Shown piece by piece: positions 17,513 to 27,158 of a stretch of 64,000 bases of DNA. This DNA comes from Candidatus Hydrogenedentota bacterium. GTDB lineage: Bacteria; Hydrogenedentota; Hydrogenedentia; Hydrogenedentales; SLHB01. The translations under genes were made by a program, and so were the position numbers. The stretch lies in the NCBI GenBank assembly GCA_963674865.2, contig CAXXYE010000006.1:160001-224000 (forward strand), read 5' to 3'. The notes under the pieces are model-generated. The model made no database searches, was not told where the DNA came from, and saw only the letters and a list, made by a program, of their open reading frames with translations. The number at the start of each line of letters is the position of its first letter. The first letter of the stretch is position 1.

Positions 17513-20512
17513 ATGCGAGTTTCACCACGTTCCCGTGTCTGCGCAATCTGTTGGATGCTCACCTTATCAGCCGTCTGCTATGGAGATGTGGAGCCACCGA
17601 TGAAAACAACCGTACCTGAGAACACATATGTAGGCGAACTCGTTGCCTTTCCTGGGCCTTGGACCTTCCAAATCGGGAGGGCTCATATCATCCTCGTGAC
17701 GGATGAGGAACTCGACATCCTGGCCGAGAAGCCCGATCAAGTGCTCAACCTCGCGACAAGCTTCCACCCTCGCGAGGAAAGCCTGCGCCAGGTATGCGAA
17801 CGCGCTCAACGGCGCGGCAGCCGGACGCTGGTGGTAGCCTTCGACCACTTCTTCAAGCAGTATCGGCCCGGACAGGATACGCCGCGCCGGCTTACACCGG
17901 ATATGGACGAGTACATAGAGCGCATCGCGAAGGTTGGCGCCGTCGCTCAGGAATACGGACTTGGCCTGGAACTGAGTCTACTCAGCCCGCTCGAGATTGG
18001 CCCGGGCTGCGCCGCCCAAACCGGAGAATCGGGACGGTGGATGCACTACCGCAAAGGACTGCGCGATCCTGAAACGGGCGCCTTCAGCGTGCAGCTTTGG
18101 CGCCAGCGGCGTTGGGTCAATAACAAGGGCCCCATCGACGTCCAGGACGCGGGAGTGCGCGTGTTCGCCTTCAAGGAAAAGGCCATTGGCGGCACCCCCT
18201 ATCGCGTCGTTGACCCTGCTGACATCGTCGAGATCTCAGACGTTGCCGAGGTGGAGACTTGGCCCGGCGCCAAGACGGGCGTTGCGTGCCGGGTGCGTAT
18301 CCACGGCAAAGGCCGAACGGATGTGGGATCCCTCGACCGGGTCCTTGTCGTGCAGCAGTATCGAACGCCCGAGATGGACTACTTCAGCGAAAACGCCTTG
18401 CCCTATCTCAAGGGGCTTATCGATCATTACGCCGACGCCGGGATCCGCCTCAACGGCCTCTACTCGGATGAGATGCACATCCAGCAGGATTGGTCCTACT
18501 CCCGACACCATGACCACGGGGAGTTTGCCCTGCGTTACGTCAGCGATGGGCTCGCCCAGCGGTTCGCCGAGCAATACGGGGACGAGTACCGCGATTTCGC
18601 CAAGTACCTCGTCTACTTCGCCTACGGCCAGGAGGACTTTGCGCACGGACTCGACGCAAAGGAGGGGATTATGCATGTGTTCGGCGAGTCCCCCGAGGCC
18701 ATTCGCCGGACGGCCTTGTTCCGCTCTCGGTACTACCACATGCTCCAGAACGGCGTCGTCGACCTCTTCGCAGCCGCCAAACGCCATGCCGAGGCGCGAA
18801 TGGGCCACCGGCTCGAGGCGAGAGCACACGCCACGTGGGCCGAAAGCCCAACCATCGATTATTGGCGCGTGGGACAGGAGCGGCAGCAGAAACACCAGTA
18901 CGAGTACACGCCGAATTTCATCTGGTCCTGCACGGCGCACCAGGCCGCCGCAGCCTGTCAGGACTACTTCAAGTGGGGAGACTACCTCACGGGCAACGGG
19001 AATGACCACGCCGAGGGCGGTTGGATTGATCGGGACTACTTCGCTTTGGCTCTGGCCTGTTCGACGGGAATCTTGAACGACGTGCCTTACTCCTACGCCG
19101 CTCACTGGGGAATGCCGGCGGAGATCAGGCAACGCCGCACTGCCCTCGTGAACACATTCGGGGCCGCCGGCTCGCCCCTCTGGGGCATCGTGGAGGACAT
19201 GCAGCACCGGGACGTCGAAGTCCTTATGCTCTATCCGCTTGACCTCGTCAGCGTCGAGGAGCGGTTCGGGAGCTGGATGACGCAGTACGGCTATGCCAAT
19301 TACATCACCCAGGCGAAACTGCTCGAACGCGGACACGTCAACCAAGGGGCCATCGAGATGGCCGGCCGCCGTTTCACGACGTTGGTAGCCATGTTCGAGC
19401 CATTCCCATCGGAGCGTCTGCTCAGTCTTGCCCGGGAACTTGTTGAATCGGGCGGGCGCGTGATCTGGGCCGGCCCGCCTCCGCTCCTGACCTGCGAAGG
19501 CGGCGACGCTTTGAGCGAATGGCAAGATTTGTTTGGCGTAACGTACGCCCCAGGCCAAAACGAGGGCCGGATAGTGCCCGGTAGAACGATTCGGTTCGAA
19601 GGCGCCTTGGCGGGCGTTGCGCCGCAAACCATCCTGACGGACTTCCTCGTAGACAGGGCCTATCCCGTCACGCCCGGTGAGAGTGCAACCGTTGTGGCCC
19701 GTTTGAGTGACGCGGTTGTGGGAACCCACCGCGGTTTGCCCTCAGGCGGAAGCGCCACCTTCCTCGGATACCGGCCGCGCGACGATCAGTCGGGGAGCCT
19801 TGGGGAAGAATCACGCAACTGGTTTGAGGTGCTGGACGCCCTCGGCGCCTATCCCGCCACGGGAGCCTTTGGGCAGTTCAACGACAACACGGAACATCTC
19901 TCACGCACGACGGACTATTTGGCCTGCCGGTTCCCGAATGGCACCGTGGCCATTGTTCACCATTTCCGCAACTACGAGGAGGGATGGTCCGGCGGCTTCG
20001 CAAGGGACGAGGAGCAGGACCGCGCCTACATGGAACAGCACCCCCTACCGAGTGGGCATGTCACACTTCAGGACTTCAGGATAGACGGCCACACGGTAAC
20101 CTACGACGGTGACTTGGCGATGGCGTTCCGGGTGAATGATGCAGGCGATCTCATCGCGTTTGCCGGTGATGGAGCAAAAGAAATCACCATTGATGGGCGA
20201 ACCACCATATTTGCCGATCAGCCGCTCGGGCAAGTGGCCTGGGCGCCCGTGCCGCCAGCGCGGCGCGTTGAAGGCGGCGCCGTGCTCCAACTTATGGTGC
20301 ATGGCCGGGGCGAGGTCCGTATCCCCGCGGCCGGCCTGCCCGAAATGCTCGACCTGGTTGTCGAAGGCCCAACGCCGGGCAGCCGCGGCGCCCCCGTACC
20401 GTGCCGTCGCGAGAATGGATGCGTCGTGTTCGATGTTGATCAGAAGGTATCGGGCCGTTGGATTTACGGCGTTCCCCGTCTGAAGGAAACAGGTGATGAG
20501 GCCCAAGGTTAA
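17513..20512 (+). CDS. Large exported hypothetical protein, glycoside-hydrolase-like
   Basis: 999-aa ORF with signal-peptide-like N-terminus; GLYSDEMH acidic motif; C-terminal region (VESGGRVIWAGPPP, LFGV) resembling GH42-type trimerisation/GATase-like domains. Confidence 0.7.
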   Translation: MRVSPRSRVCAICWMLTLSAVCYGDVEPPMKTTVPENTYVGELVAFPGPWTFQIGRAHIILVTDEELDILAEKPDQVLNLATSFHPREESLRQVCERAQRRGSRTLVVAFDHFFKQYRPGQDTPRRLTPDMDEYIERIAKVGAVAQEYGLGLELSLLSPLEIGPGCAAQTGESGRWMHYRKGLRDPETGAFSVQLWRQRRWVNNKGPIDVQDAGVRVFAFKEKAIGGTPYRVVDPADIVEISDVAEVETWPGAKTGVACRVRIHGKGRTDVGSLDRVLVVQQYRTPEMDYFSENALPYLKGLIDHYADAGIRLNGLYSDEMHIQQDWSYSRHHDHGEFALRYVSDGLAQRFAEQYGDEYRDFAKYLVYFAYGQEDFAHGLDAKEGIMHVFGESPEAIRRTALFRSRYYHMLQNGVVDLFAAAKRHAEARMGHRLEARAHATWAESPTIDYWRVGQERQQKHQYEYTPNFIWSCTAHQAAAACQDYFKWGDYLTGNGNDHAEGGWIDRDYFALALACSTGILNDVPYSYAAHWGMPAEIRQRRTALVNTFGAAGSPLWGIVEDMQHRDVEVLMLYPLDLVSVEERFGSWMTQYGYANYITQAKLLERGHVNQGAIEMAGRRFTTLVAMFEPFPSERLLSLARELVESGGRVIWAGPPPLLTCEGGDALSEWQDLFGVTYAPGQNEGRIVPGRTIRFEGALAGVAPQTILTDFLVDRAYPVTPGESATVVARLSDAVVGTHRGLPSGGSATFLGYRPRDDQSGSLGEESRNWFEVLDALGAYPATGAFGQFNDNTEHLSRTTDYLACRFPNGTVAIVHHFRNYEEGWSGGFARDEEQDRAYMEQHPLPSGHVTLQDFRIDGHTVTYDGDLAMAFRVNDAGDLIAFAGDGAKEITIDGRTTIFADQPLGQVAWAPVPPARRVEGGAVLQLMVHGRGEVRIPAAGLPEMLDLVVEGPTPGSRGAPVPCRRENGCVVFDVDQKVSGRWIYGVPRLKETGDEAQG

Positions 20513-20963
20513 GCTGAGTGCCATTGTCGAGGCCATGTCATTTCGCTCGGACGAACACCATTCCTTCGTCAGCAAGAAGACCTGCGACGTCATCACATTG
20601 AGCAAGCACGAGTTGCAGGCCGCGCATGACGGCGAGCCGCTCGGATTCTTTCCGCCATGGCAACAAGAGAACGTGATCCTGGCCGATAAGGTCTTGGTCA
20701 CCGGAGACTATTGGCTCCTGCCCGACCGGATCGAATACGACGAATTCGGCATGATGGAGCGGTTTTGCGTCGGCATTGGCGATACGCAGGTGCAGGAGAA
20801 GCTGCGCCGGGCACTGAGCGGCGATGAGCCCTTCAAAACGTTCCGCTTGCTCATAAGAGAGCACGAAATCGCAGACGACTGGTACACCTACCGAAAGGAA
20901 CTGCTGAAAACCGTCGCGATCCAGTGGTGCGAGGAAAAAGGCGTGCTCTTTGACGATTCGTGA
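20493..20963 (+). CDS. UPF0158 family protein
   Basis: VKLSAIVEAM, EFGMMERF, LRRALSG..PFKTFR, WYTYRK...AIQWC pattern. Confidence 0.8.
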   Translation: MMRPKVKLSAIVEAMSFRSDEHHSFVSKKTCDVITLSKHELQAAHDGEPLGFFPPWQQENVILADKVLVTGDYWLLPDRIEYDEFGMMERFCVGIGDTQVQEKLRRALSGDEPFKTFRLLIREHEIADDWYTYRKELLKTVAIQWCEEKGVLFDDS

Positions 20964-20997
20964 GTCCGGTGTGAGAGTTCCGGCACTGTTAACCTAC

Positions 20998-21035
20998 GGC
21001 CGGGAGAGGCCTTTGCGGCGCCTCTCCCGGCCTTT
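20998..21035. terminator. Hairpin terminator between convergent UPF0158 and purH-like genes
   Basis: Perfect 13-bp stem GGCCGGGAGAGGC / GCCTCTCCCGGCC with a 9-nt loop, followed by TTT. Confidence 0.7.
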
Positions 21036-21056
21036 GCGTCATACACTTGATTGCGA

Positions 21057-22175
21057 TTAGTGATGCGAGAAGCACCGCTCCATGGCGAAGACCATGGTCG
21101 CGCCCGCCTCGTTGCACGCCTCGATGGCCTCGTAGTCATTGACGCTGCCGCCCGGCTGCACGATGGCCTTCACGCCCGTGCTGGTAGCGGCGTCCACCGC
21201 GTCGCGGAACGGGAAGAAGCCATCCGATGACATAGCCGCGCCCTCGAGCGTCTCAGCGCCCTTGTACTTCTGCTTCGCCTTCACGATGGCCTGCTGCACC
21301 GCGCCGACGCGATCCTGCTCGCCCGTCCCGACGCAGATGGTCTGGCCGTTCTTGGCGATGACGCAGCCGTTTGAGCGGACGTGGATGTTCACATACCAGG
21401 CGAACAGCAGATCTTCGAGTTCCTGCGGAGTCGGTTTCCGCTCGATATCAATCCGCCCTTTCGTCTTGTGCTCGTTGTAGGCCGGCACAAGGTCATCCAC
21501 TCCTTTAACGCGGGAGAGGTAAGGCATTGCGAGGACAATGCTTCCGTCGTCGAACACCTTCATCTCACGCACGTCCGTACCCTCGTCGATGAACTTGGGC
21601 AAGCCGGAGGGATCCGGGATCCTGATGATCCGAATCTGCTTGTTCCGTTTGAACTTCTCGAAATTGTTGAAGACTTCGAGCGCCTCGGGGGCGAACGACG
21701 GCGCGGCAACCCCCTCGACAATGGACTGCATGATCTCTTCGGCGGTGTCGGCGTCCACGGTAGTGTTAAACGCGACGACGCTGCCAAAAGCCGCTTGGGC
21801 ATCGGCATCACGCGCGCGTTGATACACCTCGACAAGCGGCTGGCCACCCGTCTGAATGGCCGCCCCCGAAGGATTGCAGTGCTTCATGACGGCGCACGCC
21901 GGCCGCTGCATGTACTTGAGGATGCCGACGGCGTGGTGCATGTCCTCAAGATTGGTTTGGGACAAGCCGCTCTTGCCCGTCTTGAGGATTTCGTAGGCCC
22001 CAAGCACCAGATTCTGCCCATCGGCGGGACGATAGAACGCCGCAGGCTGGTGAGGGTTAGTGCCGTAGCGCAAGTTCTCAACCTTGACGTACTTCCGGCC
22101 GACGACTTCGATGGCGTCCGGAAACTCCCCTTCCGTACGGGTACGGTACATCTGTTTCAGGTCTTTCTCAGCCAT
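21057..22175 (-). CDS. purH: AICAR transformylase, PurH formyltransferase domain only (no N-terminal IMP cyclohydrolase/MGS domain)
   Basis: LRYGTNPHQPAAFY, MKHCNPSG (catalytic Lys-His), DAQAAFG, VRSNG, GEQDRV, SDGFFPFRD, IVQPGGS, RCFSH; ZTP riboswitch upstream. Confidence 0.88.
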   Translation of the reverse strand: MAEKDLKQMYRTRTEGEFPDAIEVVGRKYVKVENLRYGTNPHQPAAFYRPADGQNLVLGAYEILKTGKSGLSQTNLEDMHHAVGILKYMQRPACAVMKHCNPSGAAIQTGGQPLVEVYQRARDADAQAAFGSVVAFNTTVDADTAEEIMQSIVEGVAAPSFAPEALEVFNNFEKFKRNKQIRIIRIPDPSGLPKFIDEGTDVREMKVFDDGSIVLAMPYLSRVKGVDDLVPAYNEHKTKGRIDIERKPTPQELEDLLFAWYVNIHVRSNGCVIAKNGQTICVGTGEQDRVGAVQQAIVKAKQKYKGAETLEGAAMSSDGFFPFRDAVDAATSTGVKAIVQPGGSVNDYEAIEACNEAGATMVFAMERCFSHH

Positions 22176-22232
22176 TAGAGACCTCCTTATTGGGGCGGCT
22201 CGAACACGAGCGCAGCCATAACGAACGCCCTG

Positions 22233-22275
22233 AAAAACAAACACGCCCGGGTGTCTGTCTCTCAGCACCCAGGCG
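22233..22275 (-). terminator. Intrinsic terminator forming the riboswitch expression platform
   Basis: Minus strand CGCCTGGGTG...CACCCGGGCG stem followed by TGTTTGTTTTT; the 5' arm is the aptamer's 3' CGCCTGGG element. Confidence 0.75.
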
Positions 22276-22343
22276 ATCGGCGCGAATCCGTCCCTGCCGC
22301 TCCACCGTGGTCAGTTCCACGTCAAGTCGCCAGTCGCGGCGGG
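22265..22343 (-). ncRNA. ZMP/ZTP riboswitch (pfl RNA motif)
   Basis: Minus strand GCCGCGACTGGCG..CGTGGAACTGACCACGGTGGAGCGGC...GCCGATCGCCTGGGT matches the pfl consensus (GACUGGCG, GUGG/CCAC P2, GGAGC, GCCGnnCGCCUGGG); upstream of purH. Confidence 0.9.
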
Positions 22344-22418
22344 CCTCCTTTTTGATGGAGCAATCGTGCCAGAAGCTCCGCCGGATTTCAACCTGGCGAT
22401 ATCCGCGAACCCGTCCCG

Positions 22419-23360
22419 TCAGACGGCACTACGCTGATCCACGTAGACGCCGGCGCCAATTGCCTGGAGGGCCTTCTGACGAAGCCGCGAAGTTATCTCG
22501 AAGACTCGTTGCGTGCTGGAGGCATCCTGGCGATTGCCCGCGGTAATGCAGCACAATACATCCAGCAGCCGCGCGGCAGCCGCGCGACTTCCCGGAGCAC
22601 TGGCCTCATGATAGGCCTTGCCCTGGCTTATACTTTCGTAGAACCGCTCTCGATGGGCCAGCCAAGTTTCCCGAACGCGCTCGCAGTACGCTCTGGCGTC
22701 ACTCTCCGGCAGAACAACCACGAAATGTCCCCCGCCCATGTGCCCCACCGAAAACTCGCCTTCTTTGAAAGAAGCGCCGCAGCGCATCAGGCCGCGTGCA
22801 AGATGGCGGATGGCTCTTTCTCGTGCGTCCCCTCCCGTACGTCGTCCAAAGTCCCGGAGATTGGTGAGTTCAACACACGCAAAAGCGAATTGCTCCTGGA
22901 GACTGATGCGCTTCTGGAGTTCGCGCTTAAACGCTTCCCCATCGGCAAGCTCCGTAAGCGGATCCTTGCCGCCGCTTGTTCCAGAAGCCCGTAGGAGCCT
23001 GGTAACGCGTTGTGTCAGTTCCTCGCCGCTGAACGGTTTTGCGAGGTAGTCGTCCGCTCCCTGCGCCAATCCGTGCATAACTTCTTCGTGGCCATCCATA
23101 GCGGAAACCACCAGGATAGGCATGGCATAAAGCTCAGCGTCCCTACGTACCCGACGGCAGACCTCGAAGCCGCTCACATCCGGCAGCATGACATCAAGGA
23201 TCAGCAGGTCGGGCGTCTTCGACTTCGCGGTTTCAACGGCTCGCGAGCCCGATGTTTCCAGCGCACATTCGTGTCCCACGCGCGACAGATGCTTACCTAT
23301 GCTGCGCGCGGTCTTGACATCGTCATCGACGACGAGGATTCTAGCCACGACTACTACCAA
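22419..23360 (-). CDS. Response regulator: receiver plus degenerate GGDEF-like domain
   Basis: ILVVDDD, PDLLILDVMLP, GADDYLAKPF; then DPLTEL and HMGGGHFVVV in place of R-x-GGDEF. Confidence 0.85.
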   Translation of the reverse strand: MVVVVARILVVDDDVKTARSIGKHLSRVGHECALETSGSRAVETAKSKTPDLLILDVMLPDVSGFEVCRRVRRDAELYAMPILVVSAMDGHEEVMHGLAQGADDYLAKPFSGEELTQRVTRLLRASGTSGGKDPLTELADGEAFKRELQKRISLQEQFAFACVELTNLRDFGRRTGGDARERAIRHLARGLMRCGASFKEGEFSVGHMGGGHFVVVLPESDARAYCERVRETWLAHRERFYESISQGKAYHEASAPGSRAAAARLLDVLCCITAGNRQDASSTQRVFEITSRLRQKALQAIGAGVYVDQRSAV

Positions 23361-23578
23361 CCTCTCTACTTGAAGACTAACGCAAGGGGACAGGGAGTGA
23401 CCGCCCCAGCCCCCTCTTACTCTCTCCGCTCACCCATCGCCATGCCCGCCCCCCCACCGCAGGGCACCAAGCAACAATAGCCTCCCCAATAGGTTACGTC
23501 ATTTGCCGTGATGCCGTCAAGGGTTGTAGATCACGCGTCTTTTCAGCCTGTTGCACGCGGACGGCGACCACGAAGCGA

Positions 23579-23728
23579 CTACATCATGTAGATGAATGGG
23601 GCTACCACAGGCATGGCGGTGCCAGCAAGCATAAGCAGGCCCAATAGAAGTAAGGCTATGAGGATCGGGGCCAACCAGAACTTCTTCCGCACACGCAGGA
23701 AGGCCCAAAGCTCTCTGAGTAGTTCCAT
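23579..23728 (-). CDS. Small membrane protein, DUF5989/SxtK-like
   Basis: Read manually (below the ORF cutoff): MELLRELWAFLRVRKKFWLAPILIALLLLGLLMLAGTAMPVVAPFIYMM, with the RKKxWLxP...APFIY signature. Confidence 0.85.
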   Translation of the reverse strand: MELLRELWAFLRVRKKFWLAPILIALLLLGLLMLAGTAMPVVAPFIYMM

Positions 23729-23955
23729 GGCGCGATTTTATCACACCCCAGCCGCGCAATTCCTCAACACAGTACTTTCCCCGCGGTCAGGGCGCGCACG
23801 GTGTAACACCGAGGTCAATTGCCGCCAGAATCCTCGTAGTAACGGGTAGGCGTTGTCATCCTGACACTCCGCACCTGGAAAAGATACCGTGAATCGAGCA
23901 CAAAGAACTCTGTAGACGTGAAGGGCGGGCAGCCTGCGTGGTTCCAGAGGCCCCG

Positions 23956-24357
23956 TCAGAACTGATTCAAATAGCGCTCCACCTCCGCCGGCTGCTCGTC
24001 CGGCTCCTCCCAATAGGTTGCCGCGTCCGGTTGCCACTTCCTGCGCAACGCGTCCTTGCCGGCCATGGTGAAGATGAGCCGCATGGGCACAAAAAGCCCC
24101 CAGAACACCACGGTTAGGAGCAGACGGATCATCACCCAGTGCATCGCCATGGCGAACTTCATCCACAGGAAGAAGACGGGACGCAACACAAAGGGCGCAG
24201 CCGCCGCAAAGACGAGAAAGGCGCCTCCGACTATGAACGCCCAATACGGGGGATGTCCGGAGAGCCACCAGCGGATCAGCCCAATGATCGCAAAGCAGAC
24301 GGCCATCACCAGGCCGAATTTCCGCTGCTCCCTCCTGTCGCTCGTGTCAACCAGCAT
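23956..24357 (-). CDS. SxtJ-family membrane protein
   Basis: EQRKFGL, LRPVFFLWMKF, FVP..L...GKDAL..K...AATYW...NQF pattern; directly after the carbamoyltransferase. Confidence 0.82.
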   Translation of the reverse strand: MLVDTSDRREQRKFGLVMAVCFAIIGLIRWWLSGHPPYWAFIVGGAFLVFAAAAPFVLRPVFFLWMKFAMAMHWVMIRLLLTVVFWGLFVPMRLIFTMAGKDALRRKWQPDAATYWEEPDEQPAEVERYLNQF

Positions 24358-24360
24358 CGG

Positions 24361-26175
24361 CTAATCCAGCTCGTATTCCTGCATCCACTGATCGTTCTTG
24401 TCCCAGGGCTCCTGCTGTCGCTTGTCGAGAAGAAACGACCCCATCGCAAGGAAGTCCATATCGGTTCGCATGAAGCACGTGTAGGCGTCCCTCGGCGAGC
24501 AGACAATCGGCTCGCCGCGAACGTTGAATGAGGTATTGATGACTACCGGGCACCCCGTCTTCTCGTAAAACCGGCTGATGAGCTCGTGATAAAGCGGATT
24601 ATCATCCTTGTCCACGGTTTGCACCCGCGCTGAGTTGTCCACATGGGTGATCGCGGGCACATCCGATCGGATTACTTTGAGCTTGTCGAAACCTTCCGCC
24701 CCCTCTTCGTCTGCGCTCAGTTCCCGGAGGCGTTCCCGCTTAACAGGCGCCACGAGCAACATGTAGGGACTCTCGCGATCAAGCTCAAAATAGGCATCCA
24801 CGTGCTCGCGCAGCACGGTAGGCGCGAATGGACGAAACGACTCCCGGAACTTGATCTTGAGGTTGATTAGCGACTGCATCTCTCGCGATCGCGGATCGCC
24901 CAGGATACTTCGCCCGCCGAGTGCGCGCGGGCCGAACTCCATCTTGCCTTGAAACCACCCAACAACTTGTCCACCGGCGAGCAGTTCAGCCACCTGCTCG
25001 CACAAGTCCTCCCGGGCCAGCCGCGTATAAGGGATATGCTCCTCGTCCAGATACGACTGAATGGCGTCATCCGTGAAAGCAGGGCCCAAGTACGAAGCCT
25101 TCTGCCGCCGGCCATCCGCCTTCCGCTCGTTTCCGAGCAACTGGTGCCACACGAACAGGGCACATCCCAGTGCGTCGCCCGCGTCGCCCGCTGCCGGCTG
25201 AATCCAGACGTTCTCGAACGGGCCCTCACGTAGGACGCGGCCATTGGCCACGCAATTGAGGCCCACGCCGCCCGCGAGCACGAGATGCTTCATATTCGTA
25301 ACGGCTTGCACCGATCGCGCCATGCGGAGAATGACTTCCTCCGTCACGGCTTGCACCGACCGCGCCAGATCCATCTCGCGCTGCGTGATGCGCGATTCGG
25401 GCACACGCGCCGGCCCACCGAAAAGAGCGGCAAAACGGGCATTTGTCATGCGCAGGCCACCGCAGTAGTCGAAATACCGCATATTCAGCCGGAATGAGCC
25501 GTCTTCCTTGACATCAATCAGTTCGCGGAGAATGACATCGACGTAGCGCGGCTCGCCATAGGGGGCGAGGCCCATCAATTTGTACTCGCCGCTGTTCACT
25601 TTGAAGCCGGTGAAATAGGTGAACGCGGAATAGAGAAGTCCCAGCGAATGGGGAAAGCTGATCTGCTTCAGGATCTCGACGCGGTTACCCCTGCCCACTC
25701 CGTACGTCGACGTGGCCCATTCACCCACGCCGTCCAAGGTCAGGAAGGCCGCCTCCTCAAAAGGACTTGGGAAGAATGCGGCGGCGGCGTGCGACTGGTG
25801 ATGCGTTGGGAAAAGCACCTTCCCTTCATACTTGAGCTTGCGCCGGATGGTCTTCCGCATCGAGATCTTCTCGGTTAACCACAGCGGCATCTGGTCGAAG
25901 AACGACCGCAACCCCTTCGGGGCCACTGTCAGGTACGTCATCAGAAGACGCTCGAACTTCAGGAAGGGCTTGTCATAGAAGGCGACGTAGTCCACATCCT
26001 CGATGGCGATTCCGGCCTGCTCAAGACACGCCGCTATAGCCTGCTCCGGGAACCGCGGATCATGCTTCTTTCGTGAGAACCGCTCTTCTTGGGCGGCGGC
26101 CACGATATCCCCGTCCCGCACGAGACACGCCGCGCTGTCATGGTAGAAAGCGGATATGCCAAGGATGGTTGTCAC
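24361..26175 (-). CDS. O-carbamoyltransferase (NodU/CmcH/SxtI family)
   Basis: ILGISAFYHDSAACL, QEERFSRKKH, HHQSHAAAAF, DGVGE, EYKLMGLAPYG, GGVGLNC, EFGPRALGGRS, FRPFAP, NTSFNVRGEPIV. Confidence 0.95.
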   Translation of the reverse strand: MTTILGISAFYHDSAACLVRDGDIVAAAQEERFSRKKHDPRFPEQAIAACLEQAGIAIEDVDYVAFYDKPFLKFERLLMTYLTVAPKGLRSFFDQMPLWLTEKISMRKTIRRKLKYEGKVLFPTHHQSHAAAAFFPSPFEEAAFLTLDGVGEWATSTYGVGRGNRVEILKQISFPHSLGLLYSAFTYFTGFKVNSGEYKLMGLAPYGEPRYVDVILRELIDVKEDGSFRLNMRYFDYCGGLRMTNARFAALFGGPARVPESRITQREMDLARSVQAVTEEVILRMARSVQAVTNMKHLVLAGGVGLNCVANGRVLREGPFENVWIQPAAGDAGDALGCALFVWHQLLGNERKADGRRQKASYLGPAFTDDAIQSYLDEEHIPYTRLAREDLCEQVAELLAGGQVVGWFQGKMEFGPRALGGRSILGDPRSREMQSLINLKIKFRESFRPFAPTVLREHVDAYFELDRESPYMLLVAPVKRERLRELSADEEGAEGFDKLKVIRSDVPAITHVDNSARVQTVDKDDNPLYHELISRFYEKTGCPVVINTSFNVRGEPIVCSPRDAYTCFMRTDMDFLAMGSFLLDKRQQEPWDKNDQWMQEYELD

Positions 26176-26303
26176 TGCGCCCTACAACTCCGGAGCCCTG
26201 CTGCCCAAGGCGATTCTACCGGACATCGGCGGCAGGCATCAATGCTCTTCAACACCTCACGCGCCGTTGAATTGGCCCAGGGCCTCTGTTACCCTCACAC
26301 GGC

Positions 26304-27158
26304 ATGAGCGGATACCTATATACGGACGCGCGACAGCGCCAGGTGTGGCGGATCATCCCGGATCTCATTCGGGCGCGGGAACTGCTTATTGACTTGATTT
26401 GGAAGGACTTGCGCGCCCGGTATCGCTACGCCGTAATGGGCTTTTTCTGGGCCGTGCTCGAACCCGTCGCATTGATGCTCGTCCTGACCTTCGTGTTCTC
26501 GGTGGTCTTTCGCCAGCGGGTGGCCTTCACCGTCGGCGAGGAAGGCCCACCATTCGCCACGATGGTGCTCTGCGGACTGATATTCTGGCAATTCACGGCG
26601 AACGGCCTGACAAGCGCGAGCCAGGCGTTACTGGACAACCGAACCCTCGTGCAGAAAGTCCATTTCCCGAGGGAGGTCGTGCCTCTCGCCGGCATGGGCT
26701 ATCCCCTTGTGAACCTGTTCATCGGCTTCTTCGTGCTGCTGGGAGTCCACATGATCCTTGGCGGCAGCCTTAGCTTGGCCTTGCTCTGGTTTCCGGTGGT
26801 GTTCGCCCTGCAATGGGTAATGACGGTAGGGCTGGCGCTGCTGCTCTCCTGCGGCAACGTCCATTTCCGCGACATCGGCTACATGGTGGGCGTGGCCGTC
26901 ATGTTCGGGTTTTACGCCTCGCCCGTGTTCTACCCGCTCGAGTGGGTAACGTCGCGCAATGTACCTGCGTGGGCGCTGCGGGCCTACGAGTGCAATCCCA
27001 TGGCCGAACTGCTGACGGCGTATCGACAGATTCTCTTCGAACATCGGGCGCCCGACGCATGGCTCCTGGCATGGCCTGCTATCGTTGCGGCGGCGGTGCT
27101 CGTCATCGGCGTCATCGTGTTCCGCCGCCTCGGGCCGACGCTATCGGATCATCTCTAA
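26304..27158 (+). CDS. wzm: ABC-2 polysaccharide exporter permease (Wzm/RfbA-like)
   Basis: KDLRARYR...GFFWAVLEP, KVHFPRE, FRDI, SPVFYP, NPM...YRQIL. Confidence 0.9.
   Translation: MSGYLYTDARQRQVWRIIPDLIRARELLIDLIWKDLRARYRYAVMGFFWAVLEPVALMLVLTFVFSVVFRQRVAFTVGEEGPPFATMVLCGLIFWQFTANGLTSASQALLDNRTLVQKVHFPREVVPLAGMGYPLVNLFIGFFVLLGVHMILGGSLSLALLWFPVVFALQWVMTVGLALLLSCGNVHFRDIGYMVGVAVMFGFYASPVFYPLEWVTSRNVPAWALRAYECNPMAELLTAYRQILFEHRAPDAWLLAWPAIVAAAVLVIGVIVFRRLGPTLSDHL

Noticed and set aside
23729..23955. 227-bp gap between SxtJ-like and SxtK-like genes as a MITE or ncRNA
   Set aside because: No terminal inverted repeats, target duplication, second copy or convincing structure seen
23579..26175. 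Saxitoxin biosynthesis cluster
   Set aside because: Only the widespread sxtI/J/K-like trio is present; no sxtA, sxtG or other core genes
26813..27157. N-terminal extensions in the ORF track (wzt from 26813; also mtnA to 2003, glgC to 11910, atpA from 34113, deacetylase from 37405, BI-1 from 49036)
   Set aside because: They overlap neighbouring real genes; homology starts at downstream codons with RBS or translational coupling
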